A stretch of DNA of 64,000 nucleotides, from the NCBI GenBank assembly GCA_000091205.1, contig AP006500.2; one strand, written 5' to 3'. Made by a program: the position numbers and the translations under genes. Shown here in pieces: positions 54,038 through 64,000 of the stretch. The first letter of the stretch is position 1; every line of letters begins with the position of its first letter. The notes under the pieces were generated by a model. That model worked only from the letters and a program-made list of their open reading frames with translations. It had not been told where the DNA came from and searched no databases. This stretch comes from Cyanidioschyzon merolae. Lineage: Eukaryota.

Positions 54038-55330
54038 ATGGTTGAGGCATTCGTTTGGTCGGTTGCAGCGGCAAAAGTCCCACGTACGGGCCGTCACACT
54101 CTTGGGGCGCAGCGGCAAGCCTACAAGCCAGGGAGTGCAGAGCTGTCGGCGTGGCGGTGTCCGCAGAGACGCCTGAGTGCTAGCAAGAGACCAGCACTTG
54201 TCGCATCAATAGCTACCGAGGCTGGCGTGAATCTAACGGGAGTTTTCATTCTCGCGGGGACGGTGGTGATCCACGAGCTTGGGCACTTTCTCGCTGCTCG
54301 CCTGCAAGGTATTAAAGTGAAAGGGTTCTCTATAGGCTTCGGGCCTCGCCTTTTCAGCTTTCGACCGAAAAACTCGGAAACAGAGTTCGCGATTCGGCTC
54401 CTTCCACTTGGGGGCTTTGTCGCCTTCCCCGAAGACTATCGATACGATGAGGAGTCGAAAACCATCGTCAAGAATGACGATCCTGATTTGTTGCAGAATC
54501 GGCCGTTGATGCAGCGTGCACTGGTGATCGCTGCGGGCGTCCTTGCGAATATCGCGCTCGCTTGGACGCTGCTTTTCACTTCAGTTGAGACGGTTGGCGC
54601 TCCGCGGATGCAGTTTGAAACGGGAGTTTCAGTGCCGGCGCTTACGGACATGAGCGCTCCTGCAGCGAAGGCCGGACTCAAGCCAGGTGACGTCATTGTC
54701 GCAGTGAACGGCCAAGCGCTGGCACCCGGTGCGGAATCCGCGTTGGAGGCTGCGAACATGTTACGGCGCCTCGCCGCAGATCCCCAGCACAAACCGATCG
54801 AGCTGCAGCTTTCAGACGGAAGAGTAGTACGAGTGGATCCCGAAGGGGGCCGCATCGGCGTGCAGCTGGTCCCCAATGCGAAAGTATCGCGTGAGCGAGT
54901 CCCTCTACGGAATGCTGTACCAGAGACCAACAAGGAGTTTGTGAATACCTTACGCAATACGATCAACGGTTTCATCACGCTGTTTTCGAATCTCAAAGAA
55001 AACAGCAAGGAGCTCAGCGGCCCGCTCGGCGTGGCATCCATAGGTGCCGAAATCGCTCGCCATGATGCCTCTGTCCTCCTGCAGTTTGCTGCAGTCATTT
55101 CGCTGAATTTAGGGATCATCAATGCGTTACCGTTGCCGGCTCTGGATGGCGGTCAGATGGCCTTTTTGATTGTCGAAGCGATTCGTGGGAAACCGTTGCC
55201 ACGGAACCTCGAGAATGCGATCAATGGGACTGCGCTAACCCTGTTGCTGGTGATGAGTGGGTTCCTGCTCATAGGCGACCTTGAACGGATTCAGGTGCTG
55301 TCGTGGCTGATGAATGGCCCTTCGCCGTGA
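54038..55330 (+). CDS. Site-2 protease / RseP-like M50 intramembrane zinc metalloprotease with PDZ domain (plastid ARASP/EGY-type), with an N-terminal presequence
   Basis: ATG at 54038, TGA at 55328-55330. HExxH in TM helix: VVIHELGHFLAARLQG. Second M50 motif near the C-terminus (LNLGIINALPLPALDGG, LDG). PDZ-like LKPGDVIVAVNG between membrane segments. Architecture as in bacterial RseP. Confidence 0.8.
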   Translation: MVEAFVWSVAAAKVPRTGRHTLGAQRQAYKPGSAELSAWRCPQRRLSASKRPALVASIATEAGVNLTGVFILAGTVVIHELGHFLAARLQGIKVKGFSIGFGPRLFSFRPKNSETEFAIRLLPLGGFVAFPEDYRYDEESKTIVKNDDPDLLQNRPLMQRALVIAAGVLANIALAWTLLFTSVETVGAPRMQFETGVSVPALTDMSAPAAKAGLKPGDVIVAVNGQALAPGAESALEAANMLRRLAADPQHKPIELQLSDGRVVRVDPEGGRIGVQLVPNAKVSRERVPLRNAVPETNKEFVNTLRNTINGFITLFSNLKENSKELSGPLGVASIGAEIARHDASVLLQFAAVISLNLGIINALPLPALDGGQMAFLIVEAIRGKPLPRNLENAINGTALTLLLVMSGFLLIGDLERIQVLSWLMNGPSP

Positions 55331-56770
55331 GCACCCCTGACGGCGGTAGCTGGTATAGGCGATGGCGAGCGTGCTCTCAGACGCCATCGATAACCTTGGG
55401 TGTTTTTTGCGAGCCGCATGCTGCCGAGGACAGGACAGGGGCACGAGTTTTTCGAGGTCGCCTGCACATAACAGACGCGTTTCTCAAGGGCACAGCACCT
55501 GATCGCCGGTTTGGCAATCGCAATCGAGCAGGTCCCTGGGGAGGAAAACCCGTAGCGTTTGTTCGGCATGGACATCGCTCTGGTGGACCATAATTTTGAG
55601 GTCGAATACATCTTGATAGATACTGTGTCAATGGAGCGAGGCGTACACTTCCTCTGTATGCCGCGGTACCAACTGCACATGGCGCCTGTAGCCTGCCCGC
55701 TGTGCGAGCGGTTTGCAGCGCAGCTAGCAGTGGAACGCTCCGATGGTACGATGTGCAACGGTAGCTCGTCAAAGGAATACATGGGTGCATCTATTGAGCG
55801 CTCGTTTACTAGAGGTGTGAACAAGAGGCATCGCATCGGTGCGATACCATTCGCAACTGCAACTCGGGAAAGGAGTACATGGTTGCGTCTACTGAACGCT
55901 CGGTTATCCAAAGTATGAAAGAGAGGCATCGTGCTGGCAGACACTGGCGCTGGACCCATTGGACTCGCCTTAAATGGCTGCTGTTTTCATTCAAGGTTGT
56001 GATTGGTGCATCGTTAACAGGGCGCTGCATATGGACGCTGCACGGTACGCTTGGGTGAGTGTTCGTTCAAGTGCGTCCGCTGTGGCGCCACACCGCCGTG
56101 CGCAGTATCAGTTGTTGCTCCCGTTGTTGTAAACAACCTGGAGGCCTGCCCAAGGCGACGAAGAACTCCAGCTCGAGCCAACACGCGCTTTAGTCTGTCC
56201 AAGGCACGATTTCTATGCAGGGCACCCACGGCAGCGACACATCCGACACGGGTGCTGGCGTCTGAGGCAGACTTGGCACCCCGCAGGTTCGCTGCAGCGA
56301 TCGAGCTACGATCGTATACGTGAAGCCGTTTTTGGAATCCGTCCGATATTGAGGTGTCTGGTGCGAAATGGTCGTCCGATTCCTGAATATCGACAGCCAC
56401 CGCATGTCCAGAAAAGTCGTATTGGACCTATCGATTGTACTTTAAACGAAAAAGATGACCATTCAGCGGCAGAGGTGGCGTTCTTATTCAACAACGAGCT
56501 CCAGAATCGGAGTGCGCGCGTATCCCGAGGCCATAACGCCCAGCAGTGCCCTGGGTTCTCTAGCGAGTAGCGAACTCACCGGTTATTGATCATCGGCCTA
56601 AGCAAGTCCACCATTGTAGTCCCCAGGCACAGCTGATCGACCCGCAGACACAGACTCGTACCTGCTATTCACTCGCGTCCTAACTAGCGCACCCGCAGGT
56701 TCTCAGATATTCATTTTTGAAAGCATTCAAGCGTGATCTCGATGCACCTTCCCCCGTCGCTACGTCACCA

Positions 56771-57886
56771 TTAAATTGCATAGACGTAGACGAGCCCCGC
56801 ATCACCTCCAAAGGCAATCAACCGTTCAGTTTGAATGATATCGAGACTGTTCGCGAAATCGGCTCCGGGTCCTCCACGAACCACTGGACCCAAGTCTGCC
56901 GCTGTACTGCCAAAGTACACCCGCCCGTCTGTCCCACAAGAGGCGATCTTGCGTTGCCCACCCGCACACTGGACGCTGCGAGCATCAAGGACCGGGCCCT
57001 CGTGCAGGCGGTCCGCTCGCAGCAGGCTCGCCGGCTGACGTCGATCCCACTCCAGAACGTCGCCGCAGTCGGTGCCGGCAACCAGGTACCGCTCATCGAC
57101 ATCCATACACAGCGGAATCGAGCCTTGTGGTCGCGGGAATGCGCTAATGGATGACGCCAGTAGAGCGCTGGGGAGTTCAGAGGCAGCGCTACAGGCATCA
57201 GCGCGAACACGAAGGTCCCAGCATCGCACGGCACCGTCAAGGGTTGCAGTCATGACCTCAAAACTGTGCTCGAGCGCCGCAAAAGCGCTAAAACCTGTTC
57301 CAACCATCCCATGAAGCTCAAAACATGCGCTTTCGAGGTCTATACGGTATAAGTGTCCCGCATCCGTGGCTACTGCTTTGGAGTTCAGCCCGATAATCGA
57401 GCTGTGCGCTGTTTGCATGATGACCTCGAGCTCGTAAGTCTGGTAGCTAGGAGCTCTCGCAGGCTCACGGTTGTCTGCACTTGTATTCGGTAGTCGCAGG
57501 ATCGTACCGCGTGCCGTTCCAACAAGGGACAACTCCGCACACAGCGCCGTGATGGGGTCTGTGTGCAGGCCGCGGCACCAGTGGTCCCACTGCAGCACCC
57601 GTGCCGAACTTGAGGAGCGTTGCAGCTTGCGTTCGTCCTCTTCAGTCACTGCAGGTCTTGGCTCGTGTTCCGATACGCCGGGCTCTCTCGAGCGCAGAGC
57701 GCCTATCACCCACGAACGGCCGCCCACGATCGTCGCTATCCCGCTTTCTCCCAGACGAAGCCAACGCACCGGTCCGGTGAGTACGACTGCCGCTGGCGCC
57801 GGTACACTTTCGAGAAACCCCATATCATGATTGACGTCCGCATCCTGCTCGAGAAAGGCGGAAACGGGCGTCCTGACTTGCTGCAT
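56771..57886 (-). CDS. WD40-repeat protein (hypothetical)
   Basis: The track start (58036) is a GTG; the first ATG is at 57886 (MQQVRTPVSAF). WD-like strands/turns: GAVRCWDL, LVAGTDCGDVLEWD, IASCGTDGRVYF, LIAFGGDAGLVYVYAI. The upstream in-frame extension contains a (GT)n/HTHTH microsatellite, so it is unlikely to be coding. Confidence 0.5.
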   Translation of the reverse strand: MQQVRTPVSAFLEQDADVNHDMGFLESVPAPAAVVLTGPVRWLRLGESGIATIVGGRSWVIGALRSREPGVSEHEPRPAVTEEDERKLQRSSSSARVLQWDHWCRGLHTDPITALCAELSLVGTARGTILRLPNTSADNREPARAPSYQTYELEVIMQTAHSSIIGLNSKAVATDAGHLYRIDLESACFELHGMVGTGFSAFAALEHSFEVMTATLDGAVRCWDLRVRADACSAASELPSALLASSISAFPRPQGSIPLCMDVDERYLVAGTDCGDVLEWDRRQPASLLRADRLHEGPVLDARSVQCAGGQRKIASCGTDGRVYFGSTAADLGPVVRGGPGADFANSLDIIQTERLIAFGGDAGLVYVYAI

Positions 57887-59537
57887 GAACGCGATGCCTC
57901 GGCACCAGGTGTGTCGCCTGTACGGAAGCAGCGCGACCACGGCGCTGGTGTGTGTGTGTGTGAACGCGTGCTGGCCCCCAGGCCGTACAGCAACTCGCCA
58001 CGGCACGCCAGTTCTGCCCAGAAACAGCCCGAGCACAAGAGTCTACGCTTTCTATCGCCGGGGTCTTCCTGCAAACGCTCCGCACGGAACGCTGAACCAA
58101 TGTAGGTCGTGCATCCGCAGCCGAGAAATGTGCGGGGAAATGGGTGTGCGTCAGCAGCTGCGACCGTGCCCCGGACCTCCAGCATCGCTCTATTCATTTC
58201 TACTCTGAAAGAGAAGAACTGTAAAGGATATCGTTTATCGAGATCGGGACTCGTTTCGTATAGAACCTGCGACGCGAACTGCGTACTCGGTATGCCACCC
58301 GCTTCATGGAGCACACCTGGGCCTTCTGCGTAGCACCACACGTACAAGAGCACAGAGCAAGGCGCCACTTGTGATGAATGCTGGGATGCAATCAGTCCGA
58401 ACGCTCAAATGATGACGGCAGCTGCTCGCGTCGAATTCCAGGAATCAGACGTGAAGGAGAAGATGATGACCGTCCATTTCGCTGCAGAGGAAGCGTCCGC
58501 GCTCGACACCGTGCAGGGATGCGTTCTGGGGCGCATTCGAGAGCGCAGCAGCTACCGATGTGCAGCTATCACTCGCGATAGAAACGTTTCATATCCTGGG
58601 AGGGTATGTATATACCCACTCGGAGACGACTCCCAGCCTTTCTTGACTGGCCACCATCAACCGGTTTCGGTTCATCAAGGCACACTTCGAGGGTTAGGGA
58701 CTGCCTCACAAAGTTGGATCGTGGCAGCTCCGCGGATGTCGACTTCAACACCATACACGTTCTGATATTCATGGCGGCATAAAGTCTCGGTTCACGGACT
58801 CCATGCGTTTGTTGCCTCTACTCAAACTCACCATTGCTAGGATTCCTCAAATACGTGTCCTTTGAGCCACTAGAATCCCGTCATCGTCCTGTCGGGCAAA
58901 CAACACTCCTCTTCTATCTCCGCTCTTCGACCTCTTCTTCATACCTAGATCGTCGTCGCGCCCTATAGTCGGCGAGTAGAGGATTTTATCGTTTTGTTTT
59001 ATACCATCCGACGATAACGTGTCTCCGGGATCCTCGACCTGCATATCCATGACTTTCCCCTGTGTTTTTATGTCCTCAAATCAACGCTCTTCGAAAACGC
59101 CTGCTATGAACCGAGGAAAAGCATTTCGGTGACACGCACCTTGGAATTGGAACGCAATTGAGATGAAATGCCATGATATACAGGTTTATACAGGATTGAT
59201 GAACCCAGTTGCTTCTGCTGGGAAACGCAGGTGCTCGACGAGACGTCATCGCCACCTGAAGACAACGTCATTTTTCAAAAACTAGGCTCCAGTTTGGGCA
59301 GACGCATTATTTCAACAGGACTTGTGTGCGCTTGGGAGTAGACGGAACGCTTTCGAGCACTTGGGACGGGAGCGCTTTACGGGTGCGTCCGAGGTCATAC
59401 TTCCAGTCGTGCGCGTCGCTACGAAGCAGGCGAGCGCTTGGCGGCAGGAGTCTTCGTGGAGGTGGTGCTTCGTCTCGAATAATCTCGAGACTACAAAGAC
59501 GTTAATACGCTGGTTTGAACCTGGACAGCTCCAACTC

Positions 59538-61043
59538 ATGGCCCGCCGAGGGCGCGGTGCTGCAGCCAAGTCAGCTGGCCGTGCCGGTTCGCAGCCGCGA
59601 GACGACACTCCCGTAATAGGTACTTTGCGGCCGTTGGTGCCATTTTACGTGCCAGACGGCGCGGAGGGTGCTGGCAAAGTGAACACTGAGCTACGCTCTT
59701 ATGAAAGAGGGAAAGCTAGCCACGATAGTTGGTCACGAAACGAGAGGCCGGCTGTTTCTGCGGAAGCGAGCTCTGGCGGTGCGGCTCCTGATAACCGTAT
59801 CCCTGTTCGAGTGAGACGCTGGGACGCACTCCAGGGCACCTTCGGACCTGAAGACGTTCATTACGTCCAGGTTGCCACTTCGTCACTAGACGGCGAGCAG
59901 CAGTCAAAAGCGCCCGTAACGCTTCCATATTCCAGCGCTCAAACACTCGTCACCGGACAACAAGACACCGCGAGGAATCTCCTGACTCCGGATAGCATTC
60001 TACAGCAGAGAACTGAGCCCAAACCACACTACGCCAATCCCGCATGCACTATATCAAAAGAACTTGCAACATCTCTGGTGCAGTACCCAAATCACGGCGC
60101 CCGTGAACGTCCGGAATCGTATACACCTGGACAAGCGGCGAACGCATTAGGAGCGCCTACCTCGCACCACCCGATGCAGAATGCTTCACGTCGTCATTCC
60201 ACGAGCGCATCGGAGCGCATCCGCTACGAAACAGCAGCCCCACTGAAACATCACACGCACCGTAATGGATCCACATCGACAACGTCTCATGTGCGATTGG
60301 ATCAGGGAAAGCGCTGCAGCACCGTGAATGACGGAATGCGGTACGCAGGAGCGAGCTATTCTGCAACGGTACCGACACCGCAAGCCGTTCCGATTCCAAA
60401 GTTCGCGAGGCGATATCTAGAAATGCAAACAGCAACACCAGGTCCCAGCACAGGAGCATCCTCATCCGCATCAACGACGGCATCGGGACACACCACAATG
60501 TTGCCCACAAACATTCCCATGGACTTGAATGGGACCTATTCTCATTCTCGAAGCGCCTTGACGGCCGCAGAACGTTGCACACTCATGGATGGAACGCAAG
60601 TCGAGCGATGTTTGCTCGCGCGGAGCGACTACGGAGAACAAGCCGGATCGCCAGCTGTGCTTTGCCCAACAGCGAGCACAGCGTGGGCGCCACCGATGCA
60701 TTCGGGAACGGGCCACCAGTCAGTGGACCGACCGATGCCGCCATGGAGTGTGTCGGGGTATCAACTCTATCAAAACCTGGGATGCGAACAAGCGCCCAGC
60801 ACACATGCATTGCGCCCTTGGCCTGCCAGCGAGCACCCGCTGGGACCCGCAAGTCTGGCGCCTATCACGACGGTGCCTGTATCGAGTCAGACGGCGTCAT
60901 CTGTAGGGACAACGTCGACTGGTCACGATGCGGAGGATCCTATAACCGCACAACTTCGCCAGGTGCTGAGGCTCGCCTCGCCAGCGGCGGTGCCGCAGCA
61001 GCAGCAGCAGTCGAAGATGCAGCGCTCACCGCGCTCGCGTTGA
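59538..61043 (+). CDS. Hypothetical Ser/Thr/Pro/Ala-rich low-complexity protein
   Basis: The long frame 59322-61043 starts at a TTG; the first ATG is at 59538. No recognisable domain. Retained only because of its length. Confidence 0.3.
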   Translation: MARRGRGAAAKSAGRAGSQPRDDTPVIGTLRPLVPFYVPDGAEGAGKVNTELRSYERGKASHDSWSRNERPAVSAEASSGGAAPDNRIPVRVRRWDALQGTFGPEDVHYVQVATSSLDGEQQSKAPVTLPYSSAQTLVTGQQDTARNLLTPDSILQQRTEPKPHYANPACTISKELATSLVQYPNHGARERPESYTPGQAANALGAPTSHHPMQNASRRHSTSASERIRYETAAPLKHHTHRNGSTSTTSHVRLDQGKRCSTVNDGMRYAGASYSATVPTPQAVPIPKFARRYLEMQTATPGPSTGASSSASTTASGHTTMLPTNIPMDLNGTYSHSRSALTAAERCTLMDGTQVERCLLARSDYGEQAGSPAVLCPTASTAWAPPMHSGTGHQSVDRPMPPWSVSGYQLYQNLGCEQAPSTHALRPWPASEHPLGPASLAPITTVPVSSQTASSVGTTSTGHDAEDPITAQLRQVLRLASPAAVPQQQQQSKMQRSPRSR

Positions 61044-61699
61044 GTGCTCGGCACGGACCTGAGAGCCGCAACGTTCCCCGTGCATAAAAGCAAAACACGC
61101 GCCGGCGTGTGGAATGATGCCGATGATCGTGACTTGTTTTTGCCAAGACACGGAAATGATGATACGCTTGGTTGATCACGCGCTGTCAGCTTACGTGAGC
61201 AGCATCTACTCGGGCGTCAGATGAAAATGGAACACTGAAGCTGTGGCTCCATTCGGGTCTTTCAATTTTCCCGAGCTTTTTTACGTGTACAGCCTCGACA
61301 TGCGAAAAGCAGGTGCAAGTGCTGCCGGATTCACGCGTAATTTTTGGATCCGCGGTCGGCTTTTCGCAGAGGAGCCTTTCACGCTGTGCCGCTGGACGCT
61401 TTTACGTCATCTTCATCAGGATGATTCGCGACACCCCCGAGCTCGGATTCGTCAAATAACCGATATCGTAATCGAAGTTATAGAAACGAGCTGCCACTGT
61501 TCTTGAATCCTTTTCTTACGTGTACCAGAATCGAATCACGCATTCTACGAGTGTTGGATCCTTGTGTTCCCGGGCAACTCGAGGCGTATCCATTGGCACC
61601 GCACACTTGACGACGCAAAAAATTGTCGACGTCGAGCTTTGACGACTTGTTTACAAGCGCATGCCGAAAACCTCGTGGAGCTGCCGACGTCGCATAATC

Positions 61700-61900
61700 G
61701 TCTCCGGTCTAAAGATGAAGCTTCATTTCCTGCAGGTCATCGACGAAGCCGGTCGCGAATGCACCATCACCATGCCTTCGACGGGATATGCGCGCAGGAG
61801 TTCCCGTCTCTCCTAGCTCTATAAGAAATGGTCTTGGATATGGACATGAGTCATTACAGCGATCTGTCTCTATGGAGCGCGCATCTCCGCTTTGCACGAA
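61700..61900 (-). repeat. Copy 3 (more diverged) of the dispersed SINE-like element of about 200 bp
   Basis: See copy 1. Reverse-complement blocks tgcaaagcg, gatcgctgtaatgactcatgtcc. Confidence 0.4.
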
Positions 61901-62949
61901 GCGAGCATATTCGGTTCGATACTTTTCGACGTACTCTGGAGCCTCGATTCCCTCTCCGATACCTGTTTCATCACAGGCAACAACAAGGTCCTAAAATCCT
62001 CTATTCGTTAGAATAGCATGCACTTGCAAGTGCAGCGGACAACGTACTCGCCGAGCGTATCGCCCAGATACAGCTCCTGGTCTTCGAGTGCAGCACTGGG
62101 CCAGGAACCGAAGCACAGGATCGTTGGAAGCTTTTTCGTTTCCTGCCAGTCAACGGCATGTGTCGAGCGATGCAGCGAGCGTTCACGCGTCACAGGGCGG
62201 CGCTCAGCGGACGAAGTCTTGTGATGGACGTATGGGAGCACCTGATGACACTCAAGTGTAAACGTCGCGGATCGAGAGCTACCGATGTATACAAGAAAGA
62301 TGCAAATCGTTACCGAATCGTAGATCACAGCTTCCATCTGTGCACCAAATGCGTCGGTAAGAGCTGCAAAACGACGTAACCGAGACTCGGGGGCAGCCAT
62401 AAACATCCTTCGACTGCTGGCAACGGACCTGAAGAGACAAGAAAGGCCGGCGTATGTAAAATCCGGAGACAAACAAGAACGAGGATCGGGAAGCAGCATG
62501 AGAGAGAGCCCGCAAAGGCTTGTGCCAATAACAGTGGGAACAGTTCCAGAATTCATTCGTATACGCCCGAGTTCCCTCCATGAGCCTCCTTTATTTCATT
62601 CTGATACGAGTGCAATGACGCTACCCCGGACGGTATTGGGACAGTTGGGACGTAGGGCAGGGCGCTTCGTTGCCACCCGCCGAACGCTGCCTCAGTGAAG
62701 AACGCGAGTGTGTCCGTTGTTGCATGTCTGGGGCCTGGGGCACGCTTGCGATGCGCACAAACTGCAATGCTCTAGCCGCCGGGCACTTGGGTCCACCACC
62801 GGCACGACCCCGGTCATCCTGGAGGTGCACCAACTAGGCAGCCCAGTGGCGTGCAGGAACAGAACGCGCTTCGCAAAGATCGACGCGGGACCACGTGTGC
62901 GAAGCTTACAGAGATGCCGCTAGGTTTCATCTAAAAGATCACGTAAAGC

Positions 62950-63978
62950 TTAAAGAAACGATTCCCAGAAACGACCACCAAAAAGACGATTCTTACGGGC
63001 CAGACGCTCAGACAAGTTCTCAAAGGCGCTGGCATCGTTCTGCAGACCTGCACTTGAGATATGCAGGTTGCGCAGCGCTTCCCCGCGCTGAGCCAAACGC
63101 TCCCGGGCTCGCTCTACGCGTTGCTGCACGAGCGCGGCTGAATATCTTGGTGCCATACGCGACGTAGCAGCAGGATGCTGCTGCTGCTGCTGCTGCTGAC
63201 GCTGACGCTCATGCTCAGGCGTTGGCAGCACCGAGCCAGCATCGATGAGTTGTGCACGTTCGTTCGCATAGCGACTCGTGTATCCCGTAGCTGCAGCACT
63301 TGCTGTATCAGCCGCATCTGCCCACTCCCAGTGGCGGACAGGCGAAACGGAATGTGTTCGCTTGCGATAAGCGGACTGTTCTATAGCGTCATCGAACGAA
63401 GCGGATCGATACTCCTGGGCTGAGCTCGGATCGACGACGTCGTCTGCTGCCGTCTGCGGCCGAGGCATCGTCTGTGAAGACGTATGTGTCGTGTACGCTG
63501 GATTATCTTCGCGTTCGAATTCCGCTGTCCAGGATTCGGTGGGTACTTCATCTGCGTGGATGTGTGCGGGTGCTGTTGCATCCCGACGACCTGTGTCCTC
63601 GGAATGTAGCCGCAGCGGCTCCGTCTGCCCAGCAGAAACGGCCGCGTCATGCTTGAAATGCTGACGAGTCTGAAAGGAGATCGCGTTTGGCTCAGCAGTA
63701 GCCTGCCAGAGATCCTCTTCCTCTACTTGGAGCATCGCGTCGGCAATATCATCGAGACACTTGTTCAGCTTTTCTCTTCGGGTCTCGAGCATGCGCAGCC
63801 GGGCTAGCGACTCGCCTGTATGGCCGTCGTTCTGGGATCGATGCGAATGTTCATGCCACAGACGAATCTGGCGCTCAACCTCGTTCAGTTGTTCGCTCTG
63901 TTCAACACTGAGCTCTCTTAGCTCGGCAAGGCTTAGCCCAGCAAGCGTAGCTTCAATCGGGTCGGCATCTGCGCTCAT
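62950..63978 (-). CDS. Coiled-coil protein with a C-terminal R-SNARE-like heptad motif (LAQRGEALRNLHISSAGLQNDASAFENLSERLARK) but no transmembrane anchor in this frame
   Basis: The track start 63993 is a TTG; the first ATG is at 63978 (MSADADPIEA). The C-terminal 55 aa align with the VAMP core ([25 protein letters not shown]) including the zero-layer Arg. polyQ stretch upstream. The N-terminus lies within 25 bp of the window edge, so the gene may start outside the window. Confidence 0.35.
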   Translation of the reverse strand: MSADADPIEATLAGLSLAELRELSVEQSEQLNEVERQIRLWHEHSHRSQNDGHTGESLARLRMLETRREKLNKCLDDIADAMLQVEEEDLWQATAEPNAISFQTRQHFKHDAAVSAGQTEPLRLHSEDTGRRDATAPAHIHADEVPTESWTAEFEREDNPAYTTHTSSQTMPRPQTAADDVVDPSSAQEYRSASFDDAIEQSAYRKRTHSVSPVRHWEWADAADTASAAATGYTSRYANERAQLIDAGSVLPTPEHERQRQQQQQQQHPAATSRMAPRYSAALVQQRVERARERLAQRGEALRNLHISSAGLQNDASAFENLSERLARKNRLFGGRFWESFL

Positions 63979-64000
63979 GTCTCCACTGCGCAACGGTTCC

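Overview
The window reads as eukaryotic nuclear DNA that is GC-rich and intron-poor, not a prokaryotic locus. Long uninterrupted ORFs encode hallmark eukaryotic proteins: a 2737-aa TOR kinase, an AP-complex beta-adaptin, the RFC1 clamp-loader large subunit, a DNMT3-type C5 DNA methyltransferase, a Nop4/RBM28-like multi-RRM protein and a WD40 protein. Alongside them sit bacterial-type, apparently plastid-targeted proteins: UDP-sulfoquinovose synthase SQD1, sulfolipid synthase SQD2, a redox-regulated plastidic G6PD, a NusG homolog and an S2P/RseP M50 protease. That combination points to an alga with a primary plastid, possibly a unicellular red alga; I cannot name the species from sequence alone. 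The six-frame ORF track uses GTG/TTG alternative starts and shows many long antisense ORFs that are GC-driven artefacts, so I re-anchored CDS starts on the first in-frame ATG where needed. The most unusual features are: (i) an AT-richer island at about 10.2-12.1 kb carrying a TnpB/Fanzor-like RuvC nuclease ORF with a degenerate RuvC-III motif, followed in the same frame, after a single TAG, by a 457-codon ORF; (ii) a sulfolipid mini-cluster SQD1 - plastidic G6PD - SQD2 within 8 kb; (iii) four unrelated tandem-repeat arrays, each immediately upstream of a gene start (G6PD, RRM protein, NusG-like, S2P); (iv) a dispersed SINE-like repeat of about 200 bp present three times; (v) a TOR kinase with DFG changed to DHG and long low-complexity insertions. 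There is no CRISPR array, no rRNA, and no tRNA I could support.
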